The notes: generated from the letters alone by a model not told the origin. A DNA stretch of 64,000 nt from an uncultured Candidatus Peribacteria bacterium (GCA_964495905.1 CAZBWN010000078.1:1566-65565), one strand, 5' to 3'; positions 11,319-22,430 are shown, counted from the stretch's first letter. Program-made: numbers and translations.

Positions 11319-13412
11319 ATGTCGTTGTTGCGGATTATCTTGTGAATTTGTGTATTGGCATTGGTATATGTCGGTTTTATCTCCAAGTCTGTTGTTAAAC
11401 AAAGCGCTTGAGATGCAAAGATGAAAAAGATTGCTAGGCATATCTCAGAATGAGCGATGTCTTTTTTGAAGGCAGAGTATAAGGTATTGATATTTTTCGT
11501 TATCATCGTGGCTGTAATATTATGGTTCACTGCTGACAAACAAAGCTCAAGTCCTTTGATCGCTATCGCTTTCGTCATCGGATCCATATTATCTGCTTTG
11601 GCTTGATTCATAGGTATGAAGATAGCTACAAAAGCTAATGTAAGGACTACTCATGCTGCCAAAACAAGTCTATCAAAAGCCCTCAAGATATCTTTCAACT
11701 GATGAACCGTGATGGGTATCAGTGTGGTATCATTAGGACTTATCTGACTCACTACATTGTTCATCGTGTTCCAATTCTTGTTCAACAAAGAAGGAATGAA
11801 CGGAGACGCTTTGACAAGAGTGCTTGAAATCCTTACTTGATTCTCTCTTGGAGCTGAATCCATCGCATTGTTTGCGAGAGTGGGATGAGGGATATTCACT
11901 AAGGCAGCAGATGTAGGAGCTGACTTGGTAGGTAAACTTGAAGCATGAATCCCAGAAGACGATCCGAGAAATCCTGCTGTTATCGCTGATAACGTAGGAG
12001 ATAATGTAGGTGATGTTGCGGGAATGGGTGCTGATCTTTTCGGATCATATGTAAGTACTATCCTTGCTACTATGGTGCTTGGTGCAGTAGTGAGTACGAC
12101 AATGACTGATAGTGTAGGATGACTTTCATTAGTTCTTCTTCCTCTTATCATCTGTACTATCTGAACCATCTTCTCTATCATCTGATGAAGATTCGTAAAG
12201 ATAAAAGAAAAATGAAGTCCGCAAATGGCTCTTAATATAGGAAACTTTGGTGCTATTATCTTGACTGCTATCGCGACATTCTTTGCTATCAGATATCTAG
12301 TCCCTGCTACCTTCTCTATTTGAGATCTAGCATTAAATCAGATGAGTCTGTTCTATACTATACTTGTAGGACTTGCTGTCGGTACGTTGATGAGCTTGGT
12401 TACAGAATTCTACTGTTCTCAACATAAATCTCCCGTCAGATCTATCGCTAAAAATTCTATCACTTGAGCTTGAACAAACGTTATTTCTGGTTTGAGCGTA
12501 GGTATGATGTCAACCGCTCTTCCTGTTATCATCCTTGCTCTTGGTATCGCGCTTGCGTTCTCTATCGCATGAGTATACGGAGTTGCATTGGCTGCAACAT
12601 GAATGATGGCTACTACCGGTATCCAACTTGCTATAGATGCATTCGGACCTATAGCTGACAACGCTTGAGGTATCGCTGAGATGGCACACCTTCCAAAAGA
12701 AGTCAGAGAAAGAACAGATATATTAGATGCTACAGGAAATACGACTGCTGCTATCGGAAAATGATTTGCTATCGCTTCAGCTGCGTTGACCGCACTAGCT
12801 CTTTTCGCCGCATTCAAGAGATTGGCATGAATCGAGATTGTTGATGTTTCAAATGCAAATATCTTAGCATGAGTCATGATCTGAGGAATGATTCCTTTCT
12901 TATTCTCTTCATTAGCTATCAGAGCGGTAAGTAAAGCTGCGGGTGATATGGTCAAAGAAGTGAGAAGACAATTCAAAGAGATTCCTGGACTCCTTGCATG
13001 AAAGAAATGAGTAGAAGCGGATTATGACAAATGTATCCAGATATCTACAAAAGCTGCACTTTCACAAATGATTTTGCCTGGAGCGTTAGCGATCTTATCG
13101 CCTATTATCATGGGGTTTATCGGTGGAGCAGAAGTATTGGCTGGGTTCTTAGTAGGAGCTACAGTGACATGAGTGCTTATGGCTATCTTCCAATCCAACG
13201 CAGGTTGAGCTTGGGATAACGCAAAAAAACTTTTCGAAGGAGGAGTTACTATTGATGGGCAAATCCATTATAAATGATCTGATTCTCACAAGGCTGCGGT
13301 AGTGGGTGACACGGTGGGAGATCCTCTCAAAGATACGAGTGGACCATCTATCAATATCTTACTTAAGCTTATGGCTATCGTTTCTCTAGTTATAGCTACT
13401 ATGATAAAATAA
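11319..13412 (+). CDS. hppA: membrane-bound proton/sodium-translocating pyrophosphatase
   Basis: With TGA=G: ...[70 protein letters not shown]... and ...[26 protein letters not shown]. 2094 nt. The long minus-strand ORFs in the track here are antisense artefacts. Confidence 0.95.
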
Positions 13413-13439
13413 TTAACCAATATAAAAATACACTGAAAG

Positions 13440-13467
13440 CACTGTTCTCTGGGACAGTGTTTTTTTA
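13440..13467 (+). terminator. rho-independent terminator of hppA
   Basis: 8-bp stem CACTGTTC/GGACAGTG with a 4-nt loop, followed by TTTTTTT. Confidence 0.7.
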
Positions 13468-13485
13468 AAACAAAAAATGTCTGCA

Positions 13486-13513
13486 TTGACTTTTATTGGT
13501 AAATGTTTATATG
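13486..13513 (+). promoter_or_regulatory. putative promoter (copy 1 of the duplicated cassette)
   Basis: TTGACT-N16-TATATG. The same -35/-10 and spacing are conserved at 14278..14305. Confidence 0.45.
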
Positions 13514-13560
13514 TATATAAACAAAAAAACAAAAATTAATCTAAAAAAAATAAAAAAATT

Positions 13561-14208
13561 ATGAAAAAACTACTATTTATTTTATTACTTGTGAGCTCTT
13601 CGAGTCTTACATTTTCTGAGTCTACTGAGAGAATGGTTCGTGTCTATGGAGATTATCCTATAGAAAAATTGGATTTTTTTCAGTCAATATCGCGTGATAC
13701 TTTGATCTTTGATCATGTAGATACTATTTACAATACAGGTTGGGAATGGGGATGGTTTATCCCTGAGTCTAATAATCTTTGTATACAGAATTCGTATTAT
13801 AAGGTTAATGTTACTCCCAATACTATTAGTGGTGGGGATTTCATCTTCGTATCTAAGTGTCATCAAGGCAAAAAACAAGTAATCGCTTCTTATTTTTCTA
13901 ACTCACGTTGGATATATTGGATAGCTTTTTTCTTGGTGGTATACATCCATTACCTTGTCTATGATCGTTTGAAACGATTTTTGTTCAAGCTCAATAGGCG
14001 TGGTAGACATGTTCCCGTTCAACGTAAGATGAACGAAACAGCAGCTGCGGTGATTATCGTTGTGCTCTGTACCGGTATGTTTGGATGGTATATTCATTCC
14101 TACTTCTTCTTGTTTTGCCCGATAATCTACCTTCTCTTTATGCTTATGCCTTCCGGCAGATGGCATCACTATTTCACAAAGAGAAGTGAAAGGGCAATTG
14201 GAATCTAA
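13561..14208 (+). CDS. hypothetical membrane protein with signal peptide (tandem paralog 1)
   Basis: Intact track ORF: MKKLLFILLLVSSSSLTF..., C-terminal TM helices. Paralogous to 14351..14995. No TGA codons. Confidence 0.65.
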   Translation: MKKLLFILLLVSSSSLTFSESTERMVRVYGDYPIEKLDFFQSISRDTLIFDHVDTIYNTGWEWGWFIPESNNLCIQNSYYKVNVTPNTISGGDFIFVSKCHQGKKQVIASYFSNSRWIYWIAFFLVVYIHYLVYDRLKRFLFKLNRRGRHVPVQRKMNETAAAVIIVVLCTGMFGWYIHSYFFLFCPIIYLLFMLMPSGRWHHYFTKRSERAIGI

Positions 14209-14231
14209 TTCTTATTATTAAAATATTGTAG

Positions 14232-14260
14232 ACTGACAGGTATCTCTGTCAGTTTTTTTT
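14232..14260 (+). terminator. rho-independent terminator (copy 1)
   Basis: ACTGACAG-gtatct-CTGTCAGT plus a T8 run. Near-identical to 15022..15051. Confidence 0.7.
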
Positions 14261-14277
14261 AAAAAAAAAACCGTACA

Positions 14278-14305
14278 TTGACTTTTGTTTGTAAATAGCT
14301 ATATG
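14278..14305 (+). promoter_or_regulatory. putative promoter (copy 2 of the duplicated cassette)
   Basis: TTGACT-N16-TATATG, same layout as 13486..13513. Confidence 0.45.
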
Positions 14306-14350
14306 TATGTCTCAAAAAACAAAAAAACCAATCTAAAAAAAATTAAAACT

Positions 14351-14995
14351 ATGAAAAAACTATTATGTATTTTATTGCTTGTGAACTCTTGGAGTCTCAC
14401 ATTCGCTACCACGCAAAGAAAGGTTGTTGTCCATGGGGAATTTCCTATAGAAAAACTTTCTTTATTGTCTTCAATTCAACATGATACCGTTATTTTTGAC
14501 AGAACTGAAGTCGGTTCTCTTGAAAAATGGGAATCGGGATTTTTCTTCGCTCACCAATACAAAGCGTCTTATCTGCAGGATTATAATTATCGGGTTGAAT
14601 GTAAAAAAAATCTGATAACTGTATATGAAAGCACTTCTTCTGAGCCACGGAATGTAGGTCCTTATTTTTTGACTCCACTACTATCTCCTTGGTTTCTGGT
14701 CAGTGTACCTTTAATTCTGCATTTGATTCTGTTTTTGTACTTGCGAGGTCGTCTGTTTCGTATCTATCGAGATGATAGATCTGTTACATTACGACAACAA
14801 CGTAAAGAAAAAATGACAGTTGTACTGATAATTACATTGCTTGCTCTACTTTTGGGTTTCTTTTGTAGGTCTCAGTTCTTTATCCTTTTTTCATTGGTGT
14901 ATCTGGGATTTATGTTCCAAACTGCTAAATCGTATTCCCGTTCGGGGAAGATCGATGGTGATCTCTTTATCGGACATAGATGGCTCGGAGTATAA
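14351..14995 (+). CDS. hypothetical membrane protein with signal peptide (tandem paralog 2)
   Basis: ATG at 14351 inside track ORF 14285..14995: MKKLLCILLLVNSWSLTF...GEFPIEKLSLL..DTVIFD, matching paralog 1 (GDYPIEKLDFF..DTLIFD). Confidence 0.65.
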   Translation: MKKLLCILLLVNSWSLTFATTQRKVVVHGEFPIEKLSLLSSIQHDTVIFDRTEVGSLEKWESGFFFAHQYKASYLQDYNYRVECKKNLITVYESTSSEPRNVGPYFLTPLLSPWFLVSVPLILHLILFLYLRGRLFRIYRDDRSVTLRQQRKEKMTVVLIITLLALLLGFFCRSQFFILFSLVYLGFMFQTAKSYSRSGKIDGDLFIGHRWLGV

Positions 14996-15021
14996 GATTG
15001 ATGTAGTATTATGTATTAATG

Positions 15022-15051
15022 ACTGACAGGTATTTCTGTCAGTTTTTTTTT
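15022..15051 (+). terminator. rho-independent terminator (copy 2)
   Basis: ACTGACAG-gtattt-CTGTCAGT plus a T-run. Confidence 0.7.
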
Positions 15052-15089
15052 AAAAAAAATCCTCCTTTGTTGGAGAACTTATTTATATT

Positions 15090-15173
15090 TACCTGGAGAG
15101 GGACTCGAACCCTCACGTCCTTACGAACACCAGATTTTGAGTCTAGCATGTCTACCAATTCCATCATCCAGGC
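15090..15173 (-). tRNA. tRNA-Leu (anticodon CAA)
   Basis: Reverse complement GCCTGGATGATGGAATTGGTAGACATGCTAGACTCAAAATCTGG...GGGTTCGAGTCCCTCTCCAGGTA. Cloverleaf with long variable arm, loop CU-CAA-AA, GTTCGAGTC T-loop. Confidence 0.9.
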
Positions 15174-15311
15174 ATAACGGTCTTTTATGTATTTGGTTGT
15201 GAATATTTACGAAAATCTTATCAAAAATCAATTGATTTTACCTGTTGATTATTTACATATCATGTATTGATTGTTTTTTGTTAATTTTTTACATGATAAT
15301 TTGATCGAATC

Positions 15312-15719
15312 ATGGACTTGAATAAGGTAATGATTATCTGAAGAGCTACTAACAATTTGCAGGTAAAGACTATCGAAAGCAGTTGAACTTCTGTAGTTAA
15401 TTTCACTGTTGCAACCAACAGAAAATTTAAGAACAAAGAAGGAAATGTACTTGAAGATGCAGAATACCACAGATGTGTAGCCTATGGAAAAGGAGCTGAA
15501 GTTTTGGCAAAGTATTTGAATAAAGGAAAAAGAATCTATATCGAAGGAAGGCTGAGAACAAGAAAACGACAAGACAGCGAATGAAAAGATAAATTCTCTA
15601 CTGAGATCATTGTTGATAATTTTATCTTCTTGGATCCAAAAGGACAAGGAGGTGATGATAATCATGTAGCAGAAATTGCTGAACCTGTAGTTGCAGATGA
15701 TGAAGATGTACCATTCTAA
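15312..15719 (+). CDS. ssb: single-stranded DNA-binding protein
   Basis: MDLNKVMII-G-RATNN..., GRLRTRK(CGA)QDSE-G-KDKFSTEIIV, acidic tail DDEDVPF. 408 nt. The 138-aa minus ORF in the track is antisense. Confidence 0.92.
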
Positions 15720-15845
15720 ATCATTAAATCTTTTTTCTTACTACATATAAAAAAACAATTAAATCATACGTCGATACTTATGTATGCATGTGAAAAGCGT
15801 CACTATTTTACCGTCAAATATTTTATACATTAGATTTTGTGCATA

Positions 15846-16430
15846 ATGACTTTTAAAATGAAATTAAGATATTTTCTGTTGGATCTCTTTGATATGATCT
15901 CGTTTTTGGTATTTGTAGGAGGAATCGTTTTGTTTGTAAGATTTTTTGTTGCTAATCCTTATACGGTTGTGGGAGCAAGTATGTCTCCTACTTTTGAAGA
16001 AAACGATTTTATCATCGTAGATAAGATCACCCCAAGATTCAATGATCTCAAGAGAGGTGATGTAATCGTATTCGTACCTCCTGGTAAGACTATTCCTTAT
16101 ATCAAAAGAATTGTCGGGATTCCTTGAGAAACCGTAAAACTTCTTCATGATGGTGTAGAAATCTGTAAAACAGAAAATAAGATAGAACAATGTAATACCT
16201 TACCAGAATGATATCTGACTTGAGTGCTTACTGAAGCGAGATGTGGTGTCTCTGAATTTAAAGTCGATGATTGATGATTCTTCGTTATGGGAGATAATAG
16301 GCCGTTTTCTACTGATTCTCGTTGTTGTTTCGGTTTGGACTGTTATGAATGATCAAGTTATGAAGTTCCTTTTGACCACATCATTGGTAAAGTATACCTT
16401 AGATTCTTTCCTCATTTTCAAACGTTCTAA
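15846..16430 (+). CDS. lepB: signal peptidase I
   Basis: VVGASMSPTF, RGDVIVF, YIKRIVGIP-G-ETV, FFVMGDNRPFSTDSR. 585 nt with TGA=G. Confidence 0.9.
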
Positions 16431-16458
16431 ACGTATTTTTTATTCTTAGTGTATCTGT

Positions 16459-17037
16459 ATGAGGATTTTTTCAAATTTTGACACTAAGTTAAGACAAAAG
16501 ACATTTCAGGAATATCAACAAAAATATGGTCATGAAAATGTCATCTGTTTCTGAAGAAGCAAACTCTATCGGATGTATAAGGTTATTTCACCTTTATTAG
16601 GCGTTATTTTGTTCACTATTTTGGGTCTTATGTTTTTTTATAGATGGTTGCATGGGGATTATTTTAATTATATCATAGCTATAATTCTTATAGCAGACAT
16701 CATGTTCCTTTTCCCTGTTATTGATAAATTCATAGATTATAAGATGGATTTTATCGTTGTGATACCCAATGCTATCATGATGTATGATCAAGGTGCTTTA
16801 TTCAGAAGAAATATAAAAACAATCAGCACGCAAAGCATCAAGGCTATCGCTATCCAAAAATCGTCATTGCTTTATAGTATCTTTGATAATGGTGATCTCA
16901 TCATTTTGTCGGAAGGAGACTCAGAACATGAAGGTGAAATGATTTTGCGTTGGATTCCTAGACCAGAAAAAAGAAGAAATCAGATAGTAAAAATTATTGG
17001 TTTGGATCTTAAAGCTAATCAAAACCCTAAAATCTAA
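16459..17037 (+). CDS. membrane protein with bacterial-PH-like domain (paralog of 5373..5993)
   Basis: ATG 16459 joins track ORF 16573..17037 through one TGA. Two TM helices, then ...IMMYDQGALFRRNIKTISTQSIKAIAIQKSSLLYSIFDNGDLIILSEG. Confidence 0.6.
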
Positions 17038-17162
17038 CTAACAACTAACAGTGAACAACGAACAACGATGGAAAGTATTTATTAATAAAAAAAATACATT
17101 TACTGTTAACTGTTAATTATTAGTTGTTAGTTAAAAAAAATTTATATCCTAATTTTTTTTCC

Positions 17163-17516
17163 ATGAAAACTGTTCAAGAAATACCAGCTATCCCTTATGA
17201 TATTTATGAATCTCCCCAAGAGATTGTGATTTTGTTGCCGTTGTGAGGCGTCAAGAAAGATACATTAGAACTCAATATCAAGGAGTATAGACTTGTGATC
17301 ACGGGAGAAAGAATCAAACCAAAGATCAAAGATCATCTTATCCCTCTCAAAGAGGAATGTTATCGATGACCTATCAATCAAGTGATTGATCTTCCCGCTC
17401 AAGTATATTTTGATAAGATCCATAGTAAACTCACCCCAGACAATACTTTGCAAATCATTGTACCCAAAGCTTTGATACCAGAAAAAATTTCACTCGAAGT
17501 TGAATATGATAAGTAG
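17163..17516 (+). CDS. Hsp20/alpha-crystallin family small heat-shock protein
   Basis: DIYESPQEIVILLPL-G-GVKKDTLELNI...ITGER...ECYR-G-PINQVIDLPAQVYFDKIHSKLTPDNTLQIIVPK. 354 nt. Confidence 0.8.
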
Positions 17517-17603
17517 ACTAATGGTCCGATAAATCGGACCGACAAAATATAGGCTAAAAGTTGACTAAAATGGCTGTATCTACAGCTATTTTTCGTCCAT
17601 TGT

Positions 17604-18944
17604 TTATCTACTGTTCGGCAATTTTTTGTCGATTATTGTTGATAAATATCCGGTGAGTATCCCTCGTGAGATGAAGAAGAGGTAATTGATCATGCTGTCT
17701 TCAAAGACATGGAGGAATATTCACATGATAAGGAGTGATACTCGTCAGATGTTGAGTCATATTCGAATAAGATATATTGTTTGCTCATGTATATTTGTAT
17801 TCATTGTTTTGAATGCTTCTTGTATTTTTCTTGCTAGTCGGATGATCTGTAAAATGAGAAGTGTTCGTAAAATAAATCCTATAGTACCGATATCAAGCAT
17901 CAACTGGATATAATAATTTTCCGGTAAGATAGTCCCATTGTAGTTGACTGCTGGTCATGACGTTCATAACCCATATCCGCTTGGTTGTGCGATAACGTAT
18001 TGGATGCTGCCAAACTTTGCTTTGATATGTCCCAATGTCGATGCTCATTTGAGTATACTGAGTCAAATCAATCCCATCAATAATGCTATTCATATTCCTC
18101 ATGAGATCTTTTTGTGCTTTCTGATCCGCTGGATATTTATGGCAGCTAATGCTACTATTCATCCGATAAATGCTGTCCTGGAAAGTGTTAATGCTATCGC
18201 CAAGATCCAAAGTCAGATTATAGAGATATTGATGATTGTTTTTTTGTTGATAATCGCTAATTTTTTTATATCTTCAAATTTTTGCTTGAAAAAATATATC
18301 ACTGCGGGCAGAAATGCTATCAAAAAATATCCATAATTGTTGGGTCAGGAAAAAATCCCTTGTCGTCTTGATGTCCCTTGATATCAGGTCAAATAGTATA
18401 TCGGCGGTTTAGCTCCGAATTTGAAATCATCAAATGGTCCATATCCGATATGAAGGAAAAGATCCGGCCATATGAATTTTAATCCTTGTCGAAGGAATCC
18501 AGCGATGAGTGTGGTCACCAATAAATATTTTATGAAATTCAAAAAATTTCAGATTCATGATTCATGATTCATGATGGATGATGATTTAGTATTCCAAATG
18601 TAACCGATGAAAGTTGCAGAGAGGAAAATATAGAGGTAGAGGAGTCCGTATTTGATTCCTACGAAGATATCATACATTCATTTTCATTTGAGAAGCGATA
18701 TCCCTACACCAAAGATGATGATGATGATGAAGGTGATCCATGGTCGTTTCCATGTAGTGAGGTATGATTTGATGCTTTTGAAATTGATTATCGCTATGAT
18801 AGCAAAAAAAAGCAACCAGATGGCGTCTCTTCCAAGTGCTGGGAGTTGCGGGTATGCTCATCCAAGTATTCCATATCAAACCACAGTAACCAAGATATGA
18901 TAGAGTACTACGAATATCAAAAAAGCCTTCAAAAATCTTATCAT
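17604..18944 (-). CDS. O-antigen ligase / Wzy_C-domain polytopic membrane protein
   Basis: A frame not represented in the track. With TGA=G it gives a continuous 446-aa polytopic protein containing ...LALTLSRTAFIGGIVALAA... and ...GYGLGTSGPAVNYNGTILPENYYIQLMLDIGTIGF..., typical Wzy_C motifs. ATG 18944..18942, TAA 17606..17604. Confidence 0.75.
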
Positions 18945-19054
18945 CCGGAGTGCTAATGATAAATATGTACTATATATATGTGTTCGTAAAATAAAAACAA
19001 TGGAAAAATTATTCTAAATGCTTACACTCTTCTTGTTTACTTCTTTTCTATGGT

Positions 19055-19942
19055 ATGAAACTCAGTGTAGTCATCCCAACGAGGTGAGATCAGAATATGA
19101 AAAATATCATTGAATGTCTACAGAAACAGACTTTCAAAGATTTTGAAGTTATTTTTGTCGTAGATAAAATATTTGATCTATGATTCAAGATTCAAGATAC
19201 ATGAAATGTTCATTATATTACTAATTTAACCCACATTATTCCTCATAACAACGCGAGTGCTTTGAGAAATCTCGGTATCAAAGAAGCCAAGGGCAAGTTT
19301 ATCCAGCTCATGGATGATGATGAACGATTTGAAGATGATTATCTTGAAAAATCGTTAGCTCTTTGGGATCAGTATCATAAAAAAATATCTACAGATTTTG
19401 TGCTTACGTCTACCTTGATGTATAGAAAGACGTGAGCAATCCAAAACCAAGGATTTTCTTATTTCAATTATCTGTTATCAAGACCTATCCCTCAAAGATT
19501 GTGAGCAAAAAAATGGGAGTATATCCAGATGTATTCATGAAATTCTCTTTTGGCTCCTGCATATATATTCAAGACAAACCTTTTTGATGAACAGTTAGAT
19601 TTCGTCTATGAAGACTTGGATTTTTCATATAGGATCCATCGTGCCGGATATCCGATCATTGTTTTGCGTGATTTGAAAATATATCATATGGAGAGAGATA
19701 AGACTAAACTCGAAGAAGCACGAGTCGGTAATGTCTATTCCGCTTATAGGAAAGCAAAACATAGGATGCTTTTTGTCCAAAAATATTGAACTGTCATCCA
19801 AAAAATACAATTTTACTTGCTGGGATTTCGAGGCCAGCCCTTATGGCTTATGTTGAAGGTTTTGATCTATGCTAAATGAAAAGAAAAATGGAATCTTTTA
19901 AAAGCGATTTGTAAATGAACATTCTATCGATGTTTCAAATAA
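19055..19942 (+). CDS. family 2 glycosyltransferase
   Basis: MKLSVVIPTR-G-D..., FEVIFVVD, NASALRNLGIKEAKGKFIQLMDDDE (DxD). In frame with track ORF 19550..19789. 888 nt. Confidence 0.85.
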
Positions 19943-19975
19943 AAAAAAAGGGATAGGTGATACCTATCCTTTTTA
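19941..19975. terminator. bidirectional terminator between convergent genes
   Basis: A9 run, GGATAGGT-ga-TACCTATCC, T-run. Confidence 0.65.
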
Positions 19976-19977
19976 CA

Positions 19978-20727
19978 TTATACTACTTGATTTTTTTTGA
20001 CCATCATATCTCGAATTTCTGTTGAACGATCCCAATCTTCTGCTTCATTTGATATTTCAAGCTCTTTTTGGAGTTCTTCTACCGACATGTCTTCAAGTTT
20101 TCTGTTTTTTAGTTTATCCAGGATGAACTTTAAGATGTTTTCATCTGCAAGAAAGTTTACTATTGTTCCCCCTTCGCTTTCTTCTTCATTTAATTCTGAG
20201 AAATCTTGTTCGTATGTCTTGAGTACCTCAAAACTCATTTCTTCTAATTTTGCTTTGATATATTTTCTTAATGCTTTTCTATCCTCAAGACAATCTTTTT
20301 CCTCAGGTGAAGTACCTAAGCTTTGATTTATCCTTACTAAAGATTCAAATAATTCATTCAAATCCATTCTTGGATAGAGTTGTTTTCGATAATCGGATTG
20401 TTTGTAAACTTCAATTTTTACAGGGTAGGGACCTATGATATCTTCATTTTCTTTGATAGCTTTCTCTTTTTTTTGATCTATCTTTTCATGATAGAAATAA
20501 AAAGCTATGTTGAAGTCTATCTCAAAGTCGTCTTTCCCTGCCCCAATTCTTTTGATAGGGATGATGTGTGATTTTTCTGTGTTTTTAGTTGCTGAGATAC
20601 TCCCATTACTATCTATAAATAGATTGTTATCTATAAGAGTCACAGCTCCTGCAGATAGGTATCCCTCTTGTCCAACTTCCATTTGAAACATCAGGGTGTT
20701 TACCATAATAATTCCGTTGATTTTCAT
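19978..20727 (-). CDS. hypothetical acidic protein with C-terminal UVR-like motif
   Basis: Intact 249-aa track ORF, no TGA codons. C-terminus ...VEELQKELEISNEAEDWDRSTEI(CGA)DMM resembles the UVR (UvrB/UvrC) helical motif. Confidence 0.6.
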   Translation of the reverse strand: MKINGIIMVNTLMFQMEVGQEGYLSAGAVTLIDNNLFIDSNGSISATKNTEKSHIIPIKRIGAGKDDFEIDFNIAFYFYHEKIDQKKEKAIKENEDIIGPYPVKIEVYKQSDYRKQLYPRMDLNELFESLVRINQSLGTSPEEKDCLEDRKALRKYIKAKLEEMSFEVLKTYEQDFSELNEEESEGGTIVNFLADENILKFILDKLKNRKLEDMSVEELQKELEISNEAEDWDRSTEIRDMMVKKNQVV

Positions 20728-20813
20728 ATCTTTATGTTTTTTTAGTGAGTTTTTTATTTTTTGTTTGAAACAATACTATACTAATATACTAGCATTTGTC
20801 AATCTATTTGTTT

Positions 20814-21329
20814 TTATTGTATTATTTGTTTTTTTGTGTGTTTTGATCTTTTTTTGTAGAAATATATACTGAAGAGTACTACTAATACTATTATGTTCGG
20901 AATGAAGATTATCTTATTGCTTCGAGGGATCCCATTGAAGACATACTTGGAAATCGGCCAGAGAAATGGTGTAGGAAAAAATGCTATTCAGTGTGTAGGG
21001 ATATCTATGAGAATATGCAGTAATCGTGCATAGCTCGCTTTGACGGGTTTTTTATATATCAGCCAAAGCACTCCAAAGACAACTGTCCGCGTGACAAGGC
21101 TATGGGTAACATTATATATGTCATGTACATAATTTGGTACGATATGTCATGGTCAGAAAAAACTGCCCCCATTGCCTCATGATAGTAAAGCGATGATAAC
21201 TGTAGCAAATGGTAATCCAAACGCTAAAAAATCTGGTAATATGCCAAATGCCGCTGCAAGCCAGAATTCTTTCTTGTTTTTGTTGCCAAATATGACTCAT
21301 CCGTAGAGACCGTGAGAAATGATATCCAT
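20814..21329 (-). CDS. membrane-bound metal-dependent hydrolase (YdjM/DUF457-like)
   Basis: MDIISHGLYG-G-VIFGNK..., several TM segments, His-rich motifs (THSL, IDIPTH). 516 nt with TGA=G. Confidence 0.6.
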
Positions 21330-21385
21330 TTTAAAATAATTAATAATTAAAAATGAATAATGAATAATTTCGGATTTTTCAATAT

Positions 21386-22387
21386 TTAAATTTTAAGTTC
21401 TTCAAGGGTGTGTTGCATTTTGAGGATTTTCTTTTGGTAGGGATAGACTTTTGTCGGAACACCTAGGAAACTTGCTACCAAAAATAAGTGTAATCTGCTT
21501 GTGATGACCATATGCGCTTGAGCGAGTGTTTTTATGAAAGATCCAAAATCTTCTTCTCGATCCATCATATTAAATTGCTGATCTTTTATTCCCGTTCCTG
21601 TTTGTATCTTACGTGCATATCTCATATCATCGTAATGTTCTCCTTTTCCTTTGGCAACTGGGATATATATGATTTCATATCATTGATTATAGAGTTTTTT
21701 TACATCTTGGATGATTTCTGCAAGAAATTGCTCTGCATTCTTATTTAAATTTACTATAATATACTTTTTTCAATTATTCATCATTCATTCTTCATTTTTC
21801 ATTTTTTTTCGCGGATACGCGAAAAAAGAGGTATCCATGAAGAATTCTACGTTATGATATCCATATGTTTTAAGTGCATGAACCGTTTCGTGATCTCTTG
21901 CGAAGATGTGTTTCGTCCTTTTGAGGATACGTGTGAAGAGGAATCTATTGAATATTTTTTTGGGTACTTGTATCCCTCACATCAGATAACGAGGTTTTCT
22001 GAGGCAGGGGAGGAGTGATGCTAACCGATATCGATAGGAATTTTTGTTTTCTTCTGTGATGATTTCTCCTCCTCCGACAATCACTGCATCAACTTTTCTA
22101 TAGAGTTTTCGTTCTTTCAACTTTTCTTCGCGAAGGTATCTGATCCATGAGCGAAAACCTTTTGGTATCTCGGTTACAAAGGTGATTTTTGAGACATCTA
22201 CAAATTGGCTAAAGAAGTTTTTGAGCCGTTCTGGATCATAAGCAGCGATAGTTATATTTTTTTCTTCTTGTAGCAATAATTTGACCGTTCATAATAAAAT
22301 CAACTCGTCTCCTAGATTTTTGTAGGATCGATTGCCGATGATGAGAATATTTTTTTCTGAAATATCTAGTTTGTCATTAACTTTCAT
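21386..22387 (-). CDS. polysaccharide pyruvyl transferase family protein
   Basis: NILIIGNRSYKNLGDELIL..., VIVGGGEII, C-terminal ITSRLHLFLVASFLGVP. Track fragments 21977..22276 and 21386..21625 are in frame. 1002 nt. Confidence 0.75.
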
Positions 22388-22401
22388 AGGTATCTATTAC
22401 A

Positions 22402-22430
22402 TAAAAAAAGACTGCTATTTTATAGCAGTC
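22402..22430 (-). terminator. rho-independent terminator of the 22460..26032 gene
   Basis: On the minus strand, GACTGCTATAAAATAGCAGTC followed by T7. Confidence 0.7.

Noticed and set aside
11651-12976. Long minus-strand track ORFs (176 aa and 185 aa, Ala/Ser/Thr/Ile-rich).
   Set aside because: They are antisense to the H+-pyrophosphatase gene, whose plus-strand translation (TGA=Gly) shows the diagnostic PPase motifs. They are typical shadow ORFs.
15249-15665. A 138-aa minus-strand ORF.
   Set aside because: It is antisense to ssb, which is unambiguous on the plus strand (OB-fold motifs and DDEDVPF tail).
17686-18900. Several track ORFs on both strands (17686..17913, 17893..18210, 17944..18336, 18652..18900, 18670..18879).
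   Set aside because: None shows family features. A different minus-strand frame gives a continuous 446-aa Wzy_C-type membrane protein once TGA=Gly is applied.
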